Positions 13,664 to 27,062 are shown, counted from the first letter of the stretch. The stretch: 64,000 nt of DNA from Eledone cirrhosa (GCA_964016885.1 OZ024748.1:11284001-11348000); one strand, 5' to 3'. The notes: generated from the sequence alone by a model not told the origin. Program-made: numbers and translations.

Positions 13664-13869
13664 CTGTAGACAACACTCTGTCTCTGACACCGATTCCACC
13701 AGGTTCCCACTGGAGAAATTATCTTTGGGAGTCACACCTTGGGTCTGACAATAATTCCACCAGGTTCCCACTGGAGAAAGTATCTTTGTGAGTCACACCT
13801 TGGGTCTGACAATGATTCCAATAGGTTCCCACTGTGTAGGTTTAGCTGTCCTATGTGGTTGATGTCATG

Positions 13870-14820
13870 GCTCACACCTGTGTAGTTTTAGATGACTTCC
13901 TATGATGTCACATCTAACACCGTTGTAGGTTTGGCTAGCTTCCTATGTTGTTGGTGTCACAGCTCACACCTGTATAGGTTTAGTTGGCTTCCTATGTGGT
14001 TGTCACAGCTCACACCTGTATAGGCTTAGCTTGCTTCTTATGGAGTTGTCACAGCTCACACCTGTATAGGTTTAACTGGCCTCCTATGGAGCTGTCACAG
14101 ATCACACCTATGTAGGTTTAACTGGCTTCCTATGGAGTTGTCACAGATCACACCTATATAGGTTTAACTGGCCTCCTATGGAGTTGTCACAGATCACACC
14201 TATATAGGTTTAACTGGCCTCCTATGGAGTTGTCACAGATCACACCTATATAGGTTTAACTGGCCTCCTATGGAGCTGTCACAGATCACACCTATATAGG
14301 TTTAACTGGCCTCCTATGGAGTTGTCACAGATCACACCTGTGTAGGTTTAACTGGCCTCCTATGGAGCTGTCACAGATCACACCTATATAGGTTTAACTG
14401 GCCTCCTATGGAGCTGTCACAGATCACACCTATATAGGTTTAACTGGCCTCCTATGGAGCTGTCACAGATCACACCTATATAGGTTTAACTGGCCTCCTA
14501 TGGAGTTGTCACAGATCACACCTATATAGGTTTAACTGGCCTCCTATGGAGCTGTCACAGATCACACCTGTGTAGGTTTAACTGGCCTCCTATGGAGCTG
14601 TCACAGATCACACCTGTGTAGGTTTAACTGGCCTCCTATGGAGCTGTCACAGATCACACCTATATAGGTTTAACTGGCCTCCTATGGAGCTGTCACAGAT
14701 CACACCTATATAGGTTTAACTGGCCTCCTATGGAGTTGTCACAGATCACACCTGTGTAGGTTTAACTGGCCTCCTATGGAGCTGTCACAGATCACACTTG
14801 TACAGCTTTAACTGGCCTCC
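13870..14820. repeat. 46-bp minisatellite, ~20 copies, degenerate at the left end
   Basis: gtcacagatcacacctatataggtttaactggcctcctatggagtt; period 14140->14186. Confidence 0.95.
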
Positions 14821-15549
14821 ATATAAAACACCCCCCATATAAGCATATTTTGGGGGGTGTTTTAATAATAAAGGTCTCAATCCATCATGCCATTCAACTT
14901 AACTATTGATCCTAAAAAACCTCAATTCAAAATATATGTTACATTGCTATATATATAGTTGTAGCGTTGCAAGGTAAATGTGTCTGTAGGTGGTAGGCCG
15001 GTTGAGCACTCTATGCTCGCACAGAGCAGAGTATAATACTATAAAGAATGAGGAATTAATAAATGTGAGATGATGCAACACTGATTCCTCGTTCTTTATA
15101 AAATTATATATATATATATATCGTGGTGGTTGGTGTTAGGGAGGGCATCCAGCCATAGAAAACCTGCCAGATAGTCCTATACGAGCAAGACATGGTCACC
15201 CGACCAATCTTGCCTCAAATGGGACAATTCCCGTCTAACCCATGCTAGCATGGAAGATGGACTTTAAACAATGATGGTGTGAGTGGTGGTGGTGGTGGTG
15301 ATGATGACCACCATCAGCATCATAATGTCCACTTTCCCTGTTAGCAAGGGTTGGACAGGTCTACATATACCAAGTCAGTACTGAAGTGGGGGACCACTAA
15401 CATATACACAGGTATATATTGCATATGGTGGTAATAGGCAAATAACCCCCCCCCCCCAAAAAAAAAAAACCATCCTATCTTAATCATTATCTTTATTAAT
15501 TTATTTAACAACACATTAAGAGTAGTAGTAGTAGCAACTGGAGGAGGAG

Positions 15550-15820
15550 GAGAGAGTGAGAGATAAAGAGAGGGGTAGAGAATGAGTGAGTGAGAGAGAG
15601 AAAATGAGAAATAGAGAGAGGGTGTGTGAGAGAGGGAGAGAGAGCAAGCAAGGTTAAGAGTGAGGAAGATAGAATGAGAGAGAATGATAGGTAGAGAGTC
15701 AGAGAGAGAGAGAGAGAGTGAGTGTCAGAGGGAGAAATAGGTAGAGAGAGAGAGATAGGTAGATATATATATAGGTAGAGAGAGAGATATTGGTAGAGAG
15801 AGAGAGAGAGAGATATTGGT

Positions 15821-15851
<31 letters not shown>

Positions 15852-16802
15852 GGTAGAGAGAGAGAGAGATAGGTAGATATATATATATATAGGTAGGGAG
15901 AGAGATATTGGTAGAGAGAGAGAGATAGGTAGATATATATATATAGGTAGAGAGAGAGAGATAGGTAGATATATATATATATATAGGTAGAGAGAGAGAG
16001 ATAGGTAGAGAGAGAGAGAGATATTGGTAGAGAGAGAGATATTGGTAGAGAGAGATATTGGTAGAGAGAGAGAGAGATATTGGTAGAGAGAGATATTGGT
16101 AGAGAGAGATATTGGTAGAGAGAGAGAGAGATATTGGTAGAGAGAGAGAGAGTCAGAGAGTGAGTGTCAGAGGGAGAAATAGGTAGAGAGAGAGATAGGT
16201 AGAGAGAGAGAGAGAGAGATTACAAATATAATGCTGCAAGGAATAATTCTTTTTCAAATTATCAAAAAGTTGGAAAGAAATTTAATTCCAATATTTCCTG
16301 TGTTAATCCATTTATTTAAAGATTGGCTGGCAGGGTTTCCTACTGGTGTGTGTGTGTGCTGTGTGTGTGTGGTGTGTGTTGTGTGTGTGTGTTTGGTGTG
16401 TAGTGTATATGTGTGTGGTGTGTGTTGTGTGTGTTGTGTGTGTATGACTGTCTTTATACCAGTGTTTCCTACTGGTCTACGTGTGTGTGTGTGTGTGGTG
16501 TGTGTTGTGTGTGTATATGTGTGTGGTGTGTGTGTGTGGTGTGTGTGTTGTGGGGTGTGTATGACTGTCTTTATACCAGTGTTTCCTACTGGTCTACGTG
16601 TGTGTGTGTGTGGTGTGTGTGTGTGGTGTGTGTGTGTGTGTGTGTGGTGTGTGTGTGTTGTGTGTGGTGTATGTGGTGTGTGTGTGGTGTGTGTGTGTGT
16701 GTGGTGTGTGTGTGGTGTGTGTGTGTGGTGTGTGTGTTGTGTGTGTGTTGTGTGTGTGTTATGTGTGTATGATTGTCTTTATACCAGTGTTTCCTACTGG
16801 TC

Positions 16803-16838
<36 letters not shown>

Positions 16839-17367
16839 ACTGTGTGGTGTTTCTTACTTGTGTGTGTGTGTGGTGTTTGTGTGTGGTGTATGTGTGTGTT
16901 ATGTGTGTATGATTGTCTTTATACCAGTGTTTCCTACTGGTCTACGTGTGTGTGGTGTGTGTGTGTGTGTGTGTGTTGTGTATGTGTGTGTGTGTTATGT
17001 GTGTATGACTGTCTTTATACCAGTGTTTCCTACTGGTCTACATGTGTGTGTGTGTGTGTGTGTGTGTTGTGTGGTGTGTGTGTGACTGTGTGTGGTGTTT
17101 CTTACTGGTGTGTGATGTGTAATGACTGTGTTTCTTTATACCAGTATATGTGTGTGTGTGTCTGTGGTGTTTCCTACTGGCCTGTGTGTGTGTGTTTGAG
17201 TGTGTATGTGTATGTTGGAGAGAATGTGTGGGTGTGTGCGTGTATGTGTGTGTGTGTGTGTGCGCGTGTGTGTGTCTTTATACCAGTGTGTGTTTGTGAT
17301 AACAATAAAACGTTCTGTAAAACAACAGGTTGTGACTTGGCTAAGAGAGAAGCTTGGAAATGACTGC

Positions 17368-17429
<62 letters not shown>

Positions 17430-17894
17430 ATGTATATATGTGTGTGTATGTATATATGTGTGTGTATGTATATATATGTGTGTGTGTGTGTGTATATGTG
17501 TGTGTATGTATATGTATATGTGTGTGTATGTATATATATGTGTATGTATATGTGTGTGTGTGTATGTATATATGTGTGTATATGTATATATATGTGTATG
17601 TATATATATATGTGTATGTATATATGTGTGTGTGTGTATGTATATATGTGTGTATATGTATATATATGTGTATGTATATATATATGTGTGTGTGTATGTA
17701 TATATGTGTGTGTATGTATATATGTGTGTGTATGTATATATGTGTGTGTATGTATATATGTGTGTGTATGTATATATGTGTGTGTATGTATATATATGTG
17801 TGTATGTATATGTATATATGTGTGTGTATGTATATATATGTGTGTATGTATATGTATATATGTGTGTGTATGTATATGTATATATGTGCGTATG

Positions 17895-17937
<43 letters not shown>

Positions 17938-17985
17938 ATGTGTGTGTGTATATATGTGTATATGTATATGCATATGTGTGTATAA
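15550..17985. repeat. Compound microsatellite block: (GA)n/ggta, (TG)n with an interspersed ~37-bp unit, (TA/TG)n
   Basis: Visible directly. Confidence 0.9.
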
Positions 17986-18339
17986 TCACTGTCGATACCA
18001 GCATCAACTCCCAGCTAAACTTGCTCTTACATTCTCATCCACAATGATGTCTTCATTGCATCAGAAAGTTTGACCTCGGGAATGCAATCTCAGTCAGCTG
18101 TCTTCTCTAGACCATACTTTCACTTTCATTATCGTTGTTGTTGTTTCTGTTGTTGCTGTTGTTGTTGCTGTTGGTTAGATCCAGGTCAGCCCTAACTGAG
18201 TTAGACCTGTGACCAAAAGGCCTTCCAGCCTCTCTTTGTGTATCATCATCATTTTTTTGAAGACTGTAAGGTATGATGTAATGTAACTTGGCTGCTATTT
18301 CTCACAAGTCGAATGATTGTTTAGAAGCTCCCACATTAG

Positions 18340-18712
18340 TTTGGCTTTGTTGCTATGGCAACCTCTGTCATTGGTTTGTGACTTTGTTGCTATGGCAAGC
18401 TCCCATGTTAGTTTGTGACTTTGTTGCTATGACAAGCTTCCATGTTAGTTTGTGACTTTGTTGCTATGACAAGCTCCCATGTTAGTTTGTGACTTTGTTG
18501 CTATGACAAGCTCCCATGTTAGTTTGTGACTTTGTTGCTATGACAAGCTTCCATGTTTGTAACTTTGTTGCTATGGCAAGCTCCCATGTTAGTTTGTGAC
18601 TTTGTTGCTATGACAAGCTTCCATGTTTGTAACTTTGTTGCTATGGCAAGCTCCCATGTTAGTTTGTGACTTTGTTGCTATGGCAAGCTCCCATGTTAGT
18701 TTGTGACTTTGT
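18340..18712. repeat. 37-bp minisatellite, ~10 copies
   Basis: ttgtgactttgttgctatg.caagct.ccatgttagt; period 18421->18458. Confidence 0.93.
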
Positions 18713-19150
18713 GTCCTTGGGGAGAGGGAGAGGTAAAGGTTAGTTTTAAAGATGGTGGGATGTGATATCAGGAAGATTTGTTGCTATTTCTAGCCAAACA
18801 AACGACCAGGAAGAAGTGTTCCTCATTGTTGTCACCCGATCAGTCTTGCCTCAACGGTGACAATCCCGTCTAACCCATGCTAGTGTGGAAGATGGACATT
18901 AAACGATGATGATGATGTCTCATCTTTCCATAGTGTTCCTGACTCTGTGAATGTCGTCGGAATGTTGTAGTTCTTAAGTGAAGAGGAGGATAAAAGATAT
19001 TTCCGTTTGTAATGTATGGTGCTCTTTATTGAGTTGTTGTGATGACCTCTGTCTCATGTTGGGACTACTTTACACTGTCTCGGTCTCTCTCTCTTTCTTT
19101 CTCTCTCTCTCTGTCTCATGTCGGGACTACTTTACACTCTGTCTCGCTCG

Positions 19151-19188
<38 letters not shown>

Positions 19189-19473
19189 GTCTCATGTCGG
19201 GACTACTTTACACTCTCTCTCGCTCTCTCTTTCTCTCTCTCTCTCTTTCTCTCTCTCTGTCTCGTGTCGGGACTACTTTACACTCTGTCTCGGTCTCTCT
19301 TTCTCTCTCTACTCAACTTTCTCTCTCTCTCTCTCTCTCTCTACTCAACTTTCTCTCTCTCTCTCTCTTTACACTCAACTTTCTTTCTCTCTCTCTTTAC
19401 ACTCAACTTTCTTTCTCTCTCTCTTTACACTCAACTTTCTTTCTCTCGCTCTTTACACTCAACTTTCTCTCTT

Positions 19474-19520
<47 letters not shown>

Positions 19521-19717
19521 TGTGTGGGGTGTATATGTATTTAGATAAATCACAGGCCTTCCATAGCGTAGCGTCAATCATCAATACATAGCCCCCCCCC
19601 CCCACACACACACATAGAACTTTGGACAATATATGAACAACCGTCCGGTTATGGAACCAACCGGAAATTTATAAATTTAATTTATAGTAAATTGGAGTGA
19701 AAGCAACTGGTGTATAT

Positions 19718-19760
<43 letters not shown>

Positions 19761-19903
19761 ACCTATGCAAGCCTGGAAAAATGGATATAAAAACGATATA
19801 TCATCATCATCATCATTTAACGTCTATCTTCCACTCTAGCATGGGTTAGACGGGTTTGTCCCATTTAGAGGCAAGTTGGGTCGGGTGACCGTGTCTCACT
19901 CAT

Positions 19904-19949
<46 letters not shown>

Positions 19950-20125
19950 TGGTTCTTCTCTTCTCCCTTCATCATCCTTCACTTTTTTTCACATATATCT
20001 CACAAATATATGTAACCTCACTCACACTTTTCATATCTATCTAACACTTTCTTTTTTTCTACTCGCACAACCGTCTCTCTCCTTCATAAACACATACATT
20101 ATTTTCCTATTTGTCTCACTCTCTC

Positions 20126-20170
<45 letters not shown>

Positions 20171-20171
20171 T

Positions 20172-20557
20172 ATGGCTTAGTAGTTAGAGCATTGGCCTTG
20201 CAATCGAAAGGTTGTGAGTTCAATTCTCAGACCGGGTGATGTGTTGTTTCCTTGAGCAAGACACTTTATTTCACATTGCTCCAGTTTACTCAGCTGAAGA
20301 AATGAGATGATAGGACTGGGGTCCCTATCATTCCACTGCAAAGTGGTGGTGGAGGTGCCACGGCAAAAAAGCACCCAGCCCACACTGTAAAAGTGGACGT
20401 GTAGGCGCCACAGAAAATATGCACCCAGCACTCACTGTAAATGAAGTTGATGTTAGGAAGGGCATCTAGCTGTAAAAATCAAGCCAGAACCAGTTCCCAT
20501 CCTACCCTTGCAAGCAGGGAAAAGTGGACGTAAAATGATGATGATGATGATGATGAT
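20172..20557 (+). mobile_element. tRNA-derived SINE (CORE-like body, RTE-type tail)
   Basis: A box tggcttagtagttagagc, B box gagttcaattc, ccttgagcaagacact segment, aggaagggcatc segment, (GAT)n tail shared with the RTE LINE. Confidence 0.88.
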
Positions 20558-21584
20558 ATATATGAGAGTTGACTCCAGATCGTTGAAGCTCACAGAGGAG
20601 ATGACGAAGGACCGTGATGAATGGAGAGATGCTGTGTTGAAGAGGACCCGTCCCACCCTTGCAAGCAAGGAACAGCGGACGTAAAATGATATATATACAT
20701 ACACACACGCACAAACTTACCCACATACACATACCTACTATCGATGGGAACTTTGCTCTGTATTAATATAATTCGGGAAAGACATGAATATCTCCCAAAA
20801 TCCCAGCTGTGTTTTGAAATGGTTAGTGCCAGAATGTAGATATTCTCTAGAAGGGGCCATGTTCTTTATTACATATATTTCCCTTCTCTTCACTACACCA
20901 CCAACATCATTAACTGAGGAAACATCTTACACACATTACATAATTTCACTATATCTCACATGTTACTTAATTTCACTATATCACACACATTACATGATTT
21001 TACTACATTACAGACTTTACATAATTTTACTATATGGCATACTTTACACAATCTTACTATCACACATTGCATAATTTTACTACATGGTACACATCACATA
21101 ATTTTACTATTTATTTCACACACATCACACAATCTTACTATTTCCATGAATATCAGGATCTTGGGTTATAAATCATTATTTTTGGCAGTGATTTCAAAGT
21201 TAGTAGATTAAGTAACCACCCAGTTAAAGTATCAAATTTTATAAATTTCTATCCAACATTTTTCTTGGAAGTTGAGACTGAAGTGACAGACAGAAATAAT
21301 AGTAAAACGCTTGACTTAGCAGAATTTGGTTTTGTTTTCTTTACATTTCATGTGGCTGTGTTAAACCCTTTAGCATTTAAACCGGCCGTATCCTCTCATC
21401 TCTTTCTGTTCAAACCGGCTGTAACCAACCGCTTATATTGGGTATTGTTATAAGGTATTGTTCTCAAAATAAATAATATAAAAATCTCATAGATTCGATA
21501 TTATGTGAGATAATTATGTGAGGTGAAACCTTTACCATGAAAATATAATAGTATATATATAGAGTAATGTAAATGCTAAAGGGT

Positions 21585-21810
21585 TAAAGAGTTAGATTCA
21601 CAATCATGAGGTTGTGAGTTTGATTCCTGGACTGAACGATGAGTTATGTCCTTGAGCAAGACATTTTATTTTACATTGCTCTTTCTGCCAGGAGTTGCAG
21701 CTGGTAGATTGTACCCGGAATGGAAAGACCAACAGAAACATTGTTTCCTTGGTCTGATTTAACGAGTTCCACCCCACTCGGTAAGTGAGTAAGGTCTGGG
21801 CTCTTATTGA
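21585..21810 (+). mobile_element. Third SINE family (tRNA/CORE-like head, distinct tail); copies at ~10810-10930(-), 44935-45180(-), 51670-51850(-)
   Basis: Recurring ...ggaaagaccaa..gaaacattgtttccttggtc...ggtaagtgagtaaggtc.ggg.tctt tail behind a tRNA-like head. Confidence 0.7.
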
Positions 21811-22825
21811 TCGATTCGTCTGAGGTCAAATCCCACCAGGGTCAACTTTATTTCCATTTTTGGTATTAATAATGTAACTGTTAGGTATTCATTTATTAGT
21901 GAGGAAGGGTGGGGGACTATTTAATCCATTTATTTAATCTGAATTTCTAAACTGTATGTTTGTTGATAATCTCTAACCTAACCCTAACCCCTGTATATTT
22001 GTTAAGAATCTGTGTATGTTGTGAAATCTGAGGTTTCTAAATTATGTTTGTTGATAATCTTGATGTGTCATGAAATCCAGGGTTTCTAAACTATGTTTGT
22101 TGTTAATATCTGTGGCATGAAATTTCGAGGTTTCTAAACTGTATTTTATAGATAATATCTATGTGTCGTGAAATCTGAAGTTTCTAAACTGTATATTGTT
22201 TGTCAATAATATCTGTGTGTCATGAAATAAGGTCACATCTGATCAAATTTTTACAAATATTTCACTGTGAAGTATATTTGAGATGTGACAATGCTGTTGT
22301 AGAATTAGTTAGACATGTGACTAATGACAACTAGTATCATATAGAATTGTTTATTTATTAATTTCATTAATTTCTCCTGTTTGCTAATCAATGTTAATGT
22401 GTCAGAAAAAAAAAAAGATTATATTTTTATAAAAATATGTTGTTGAATGTGAAAACTTTCTATCATACTCTCATCCTATACATTTTGAGACCATGTATAA
22501 ATTGTGAGGAATTATTTAAAAAAGGATGTTGACCATCCCGGTAATGGAATTCCTTTGGTTCCGCTTCTCTATACTGGAGTTAATCTAAAGATATAATAAT
22601 TGTTTCTACTTTTTTGGCACAAGGCCAGCAATTACCCCAGTGTATTACTGGTGCTTTAATTTATTGACCCCGTAAGGATGAAAGGCAAAGTTAACCTCGG
22701 TGGGATTTGAACTCAGAGTGGCGAGGGCCGTAACTCTATGCGTTATATAAAGTTATTTGTTCTCCCTCAGTATAGTACATAGTTATATATTTGGCTCAAA
22801 GGAAGTCATTTCTAGTAATTACTAG

Positions 22826-22868
<43 letters not shown>

Positions 22869-22881
22869 ATATGTATGTATG

Positions 22882-22912
<31 letters not shown>

Positions 22913-23490
22913 ATATATATATATATATATGTGTGTGTATGTATATGTGAATATGTATGTATGTATATGTATGTCTGTATGTATGTATGTGTGAATATGT
23001 GTATATGTATGTATGTATGTATGTTTGTATATATATATATATATATATGTATGTGTATGTATGTATATATATATGTACGCACGCACGCACGCGCGCGCGC
23101 GCGTGTGTGTGTTTGAACAATAAAAACAGAAGTCGGGTGTAGGTAGAGAGTTACTTCATTGTTTTCCAATCGTTTCAGAGAGTTGATTGATCGATGGGGA
23201 TCGATGTATTGATCAGCATGGTAGTGGTTAGGTTACTACCCATTACTAGTCTCCATACATTGATCTCCACCAATCAATCAACCCTCTAAAACGATCGGAA
23301 AACAACGAACTAACTCTCTACCTCCACCTAACTCTGTAACTTTGATTGATTTTCTTCGAGGATACCTTGGGTCGCAACCACGTACCACAAGAACTACTGG
23401 TCGCTCTACTGATTCTCGCCACAACTATCCTTCCTAGGATACATTGAGTTCTAACAATGTTATCAGCCCCACTACAACCAGGTAGACTCT

Positions 23491-23522
<32 letters not shown>

Positions 23523-23634
23523 TATATAGTTATGTAATAAACAACATAAGATAATTATTTCATTTACCAGTGGTTTCTTGAAAGCAAACAAAATTTGCTT
23601 TCAGCCATCAGAATGAAAAAATCCTGGTGTATTT

Positions 23635-23695
23635 TTTCATTCTGATGACTGAAAGCAAATTTTGTTTGCTTTCAAGGAACCACTGGTAAATGAAA
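23635..23695 (+). ncRNA. Type I hammerhead fold with one core substitution (inverted copy at 23558-23618)
   Basis: TTTCATT-CTGATGA-C-TGAAAGCAAA(ttttg)TTTGCTTTCA-A-GGA-ACCA(c)TGGT-A-AATGAAA; the minus copy has GAAA intact but CTGATGG. Confidence 0.7.
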
Positions 23696-24032
23696 TAATT
23701 ATCTTATGTTGTTTATTACATAACTATTAAGCTCTGTAACCTACATAGAACACTCTTTTTTTCCTGGACCTTTCCTGGAAACCAAATATAAGTACCAACC
23801 TGTCTAAACCCATTCTAGCGTGGAAGATAGACGTTAAACGATGATGATGATAAATACATATAAATTAATCGACCTTTGGGTTAAGGTGTTGGATTTACAA
23901 TCATAATGTCATGGGTTCGATTCCTCGACTGGATTGTGTTGTGTTCTTAAAAAAAAAAACTGCTTCATTTCACATTGATCCTGTCTAGACGCTTTACGCC
24001 ACAGAAACCAGGAATAGGGCCTTCAGCCTTTA

Positions 24033-25900
24033 GGCAGACTTTAACCCTGTGATTGACTGGTGTCTTATCTGGGGGCTAGTTTTGTACTCTGTCACTTTAC
24101 ATCATGGAAACCAAATATAAGTACCAACCTGATGATCTTTTGGGCTCTAGGCAGACTTTAACCCTGTGATTGACTGGTGTCTTATCCGGGGGCTAGTTTT
24201 GTACTCTCAGTCGCTTCACATCACGGAAACCAAATATAAGTACCAACCTGATGATCTTTTGGGCTCTAGGCAGACTTTAACCCTGTGATTGACTGGTGTC
24301 TTATCCGGGGGCTAGTTTTGTACTCTCAGTCGCTTCACATCATGGAAACCAAATATAAGTACCAACCTGATGATCTTTTGGGCTCTAGGCAGACTTTAAC
24401 CCTGTGGTTGACTGGTGTCTTATCTGGGGGCTAGTTTTGTACTCTCAGTCGCTTCACATCACGGAAACCAAATATAAGTACCAACCTGATGATCTTTTGG
24501 GCTCTAGGCAGACTTTAACCCTGTGATTGACTGGTGTCTTATCCGGGGGCTAGTTTTGTACTCTCAGTCGCTTCACATCACGGAAACCAAATATAAGTAC
24601 CAACCTGATGATCTTTTGGGCTCTAGGCAGACTTTAACCCTGTGATTGACTGGTGTCTTATCCGGGGGCTAGTTTTGTACTCTCAGTCGCTTCACATCAC
24701 GGAAACCAAATATAAGTACCAACCTGATGATCTTTTGGGCTCTAGGCAGACTTTAACCCTGTGATTGACTGGTGTCTTATCCGGGGGCTAGTTTTGTACT
24801 CTCAGTCGCTTCACATCACGGAAACCAAATATAAGTACCAACCTGATGATCTTTTGGGCTCTAGGCAGACTTTAACCCTGTGATTGACTGGTGTCTTATC
24901 CGGGGGCTAGTTTTGTACTCTCAGTCGCTTCACATCACGGAAACCAAATATAAGTACCAACCTGATGATCTTTTGGGCTCTAGGCAGACTTTAACCCTGT
25001 GATTGACTGGTGTCTTATCCGGGGGCTAGTTTTGTACTCTCAGTCGCTTCACATCATGGAAACCAAATATAAGTACCAACCTGATGATCTTTTGGGCTCT
25101 AGGCAGACTTTAACCCTGTGATTGACTGGTGTCTTATCCGGGGGCTAGTTTTGTACTCTCAGTCGCTTCACATCACGGAAACCAAATATAAGTACCAACC
25201 TGATGATCTTTTGGGCTCTAGGCAGACTTTAACCCTGTGATTGACTGGTGTCTTATCCGGGGGCTAGTTTTGTACTCTCAGTCGCTTCACATCATGGAAA
25301 CCAAATATAAGTACCAACCTGATGATCTTTTGGGCTCTAGGCAGACTTTAACCCTGTGATTGACTGGTGTCTTATCCGGGGGCTAGTTTTGTACTCTCAG
25401 TCGCTTCACATCACGGAAACCAAATATAAGTACCAACCTGATGATCTTTTGGGCTCTAGGCAGACTTTAACCCTGTGATTGACTGGTGTCTTATCCGGGG
25501 GCTAGTTTTGTACTCTCAGTCGCTTCACATCATGGAAACCAAATATAAGTACCAACCTGATGATCTTTTGGGCTCTAGGCAGACTTTAACCCTGTGATTG
25601 ACTGGTGTCTTATCCGGGGGCTAGTTTTGTACTCTCAGTCGCTTCACATCATGGAAACCAAATATAAGTACCAACCTGATGATCTTTTGGGCTCTAGGCA
25701 GACTTTAACCCTGTGATTGACTGGTGTCTTATCCGGGGGCTAGTTTTGTACTCTCAGTCGCTTCACATCATGGAAACCAAATATAAGTACCAACCTGATG
25801 AGCTTTTGGGCTCTAGTCAGACTTTAACCCTGTGATTGACTGACATCCTATCCGGGGGCTAGTTTTGTACTCTCAGTCACTGGAAACCAGGGATAAATAC
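24033..25900 (+). repeat. 119-bp tandem array (~16 units) derived from a SINE central (Nin/Deu-like) domain
   Basis: ccctgtg at 24162, 24281, 24400...25828 (period 119); tRNA-like head with ggttcgattcc at ~23875-23975. Confidence 0.93.
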
Positions 25901-26432
25901 CGGCTTTATAAGCCTCCAGGCTTGAGACAGGCTTTTTTTCTTCATATACGATAAGATTGGTTAATTCCTAGTGTGTCTTATTTGAAATGCATCAGAAGTT
26001 GGGAGAAAAACTACAACAAAAATTAACAACAAAATAAGAAAATAAACAAGGATTTCTTATTTAAGAAATCCTTGTTTATTTTCTGTCAGAATATGAAAAA
26101 AGACATTGCAAATGAGAGGAGTAAGCTGTCTCGGGTGGACCCAAAGGAATGAACTAATTCAGCAAACTCAGTGAACCCATGAGAGTGGGGCGTGGGGTGG
26201 AATATCAGTGATAGTTTTGTAACTGTAATGTGTGTTTCTATAACACACCACACCACACTACACTGACATTACACATGGATATGATGGGGCTGCTGGTGGT
26301 GGTGGTGGTGGCGGTGGTACTGGTGGTGTTTGATGAACAAGGAGGACTAAAGTGGTATTATATAGTGTACCATACCATATGTATGAATGTATGGTGTATG
26401 TATATATGTGTTTGTATATATATATATATCTA

Positions 26433-26502
<70 letters not shown>

Positions 26503-26507
26503 ATCTA

Positions 26508-26591
<84 letters not shown>

Positions 26592-26876
26592 TATATATAT
26601 ATATTATATATATATATTATATATATATATTATATATATATATTATATATATATATTATATATATATATATTATATATATATATATTATATATTATATAT
26701 TATATATTATATATATATATTATATATTATATATATATTATATATTATATATTATATATATATATTATATATATATTATATTTATATATATATATTATAT
26801 TTATATATTATATTTATATATTATATATTATATATTATATATATATATTATATATTATATATTATATATTATATTT

Positions 26877-27062
26877 GTGGATTGGCAGTATCGGTAGAGG
26901 GTCGGGCGCCATGCTTTGAAGCATATAGTTACCTCCCTTTATGATCTGAGTTCAAATCCCGCCGAGGTTAACTTTACCTTTCATCCTTACGGGGTCGATA
27001 AAATAAAGTACCAGTAATGCACTGGGATAATTGCTGGCCTGGTGCCAAAAGTAGAAACAATT
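26877..27062 (+). mobile_element. Second SINE family (Meta-domain-like); copies at ~580-770(-), 770-890(-), 22595-22745(-), 33830-33970(-), 37165-37280(+), 37285-37465(+), 41850-42000(+), 42200-42420(+), 57468-57640(+), 58200-58330(-), 61790-62245(-)
   Basis: tggcagtatcggtaga head, gagttcaaatccc B box, gcctttcatccttacggggtcgataaaataaagtaccag core, (ATT)n tail; core resembles the MetaSINE domain as recalled. Confidence 0.85.

Noticed and set aside
16231-18073. Many Cys/Val/Tyr/His-rich ORFs (also 1406-2075, 22791-23169, 26230-27454)
   Set aside because: Dinucleotide microsatellite artefacts
20172-20250. tRNA-like A/B box sequences here and at 38342, 54469, 60440
   Set aside because: These are SINE heads continuing into repeat bodies, not tRNA genes
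21972-21991. Telomere-like taaccc repeats
   Set aside because: Only 2-3 imperfect units; not an interstitial telomere array
24033-25900. GAAAC...GTA...CTGATGA in each 119-bp unit as a tandem hammerhead
   Set aside because: Only 5 nt lie between GTA and CTGATGA and no stem I or stem II pairing is found; better explained as a SINE domain
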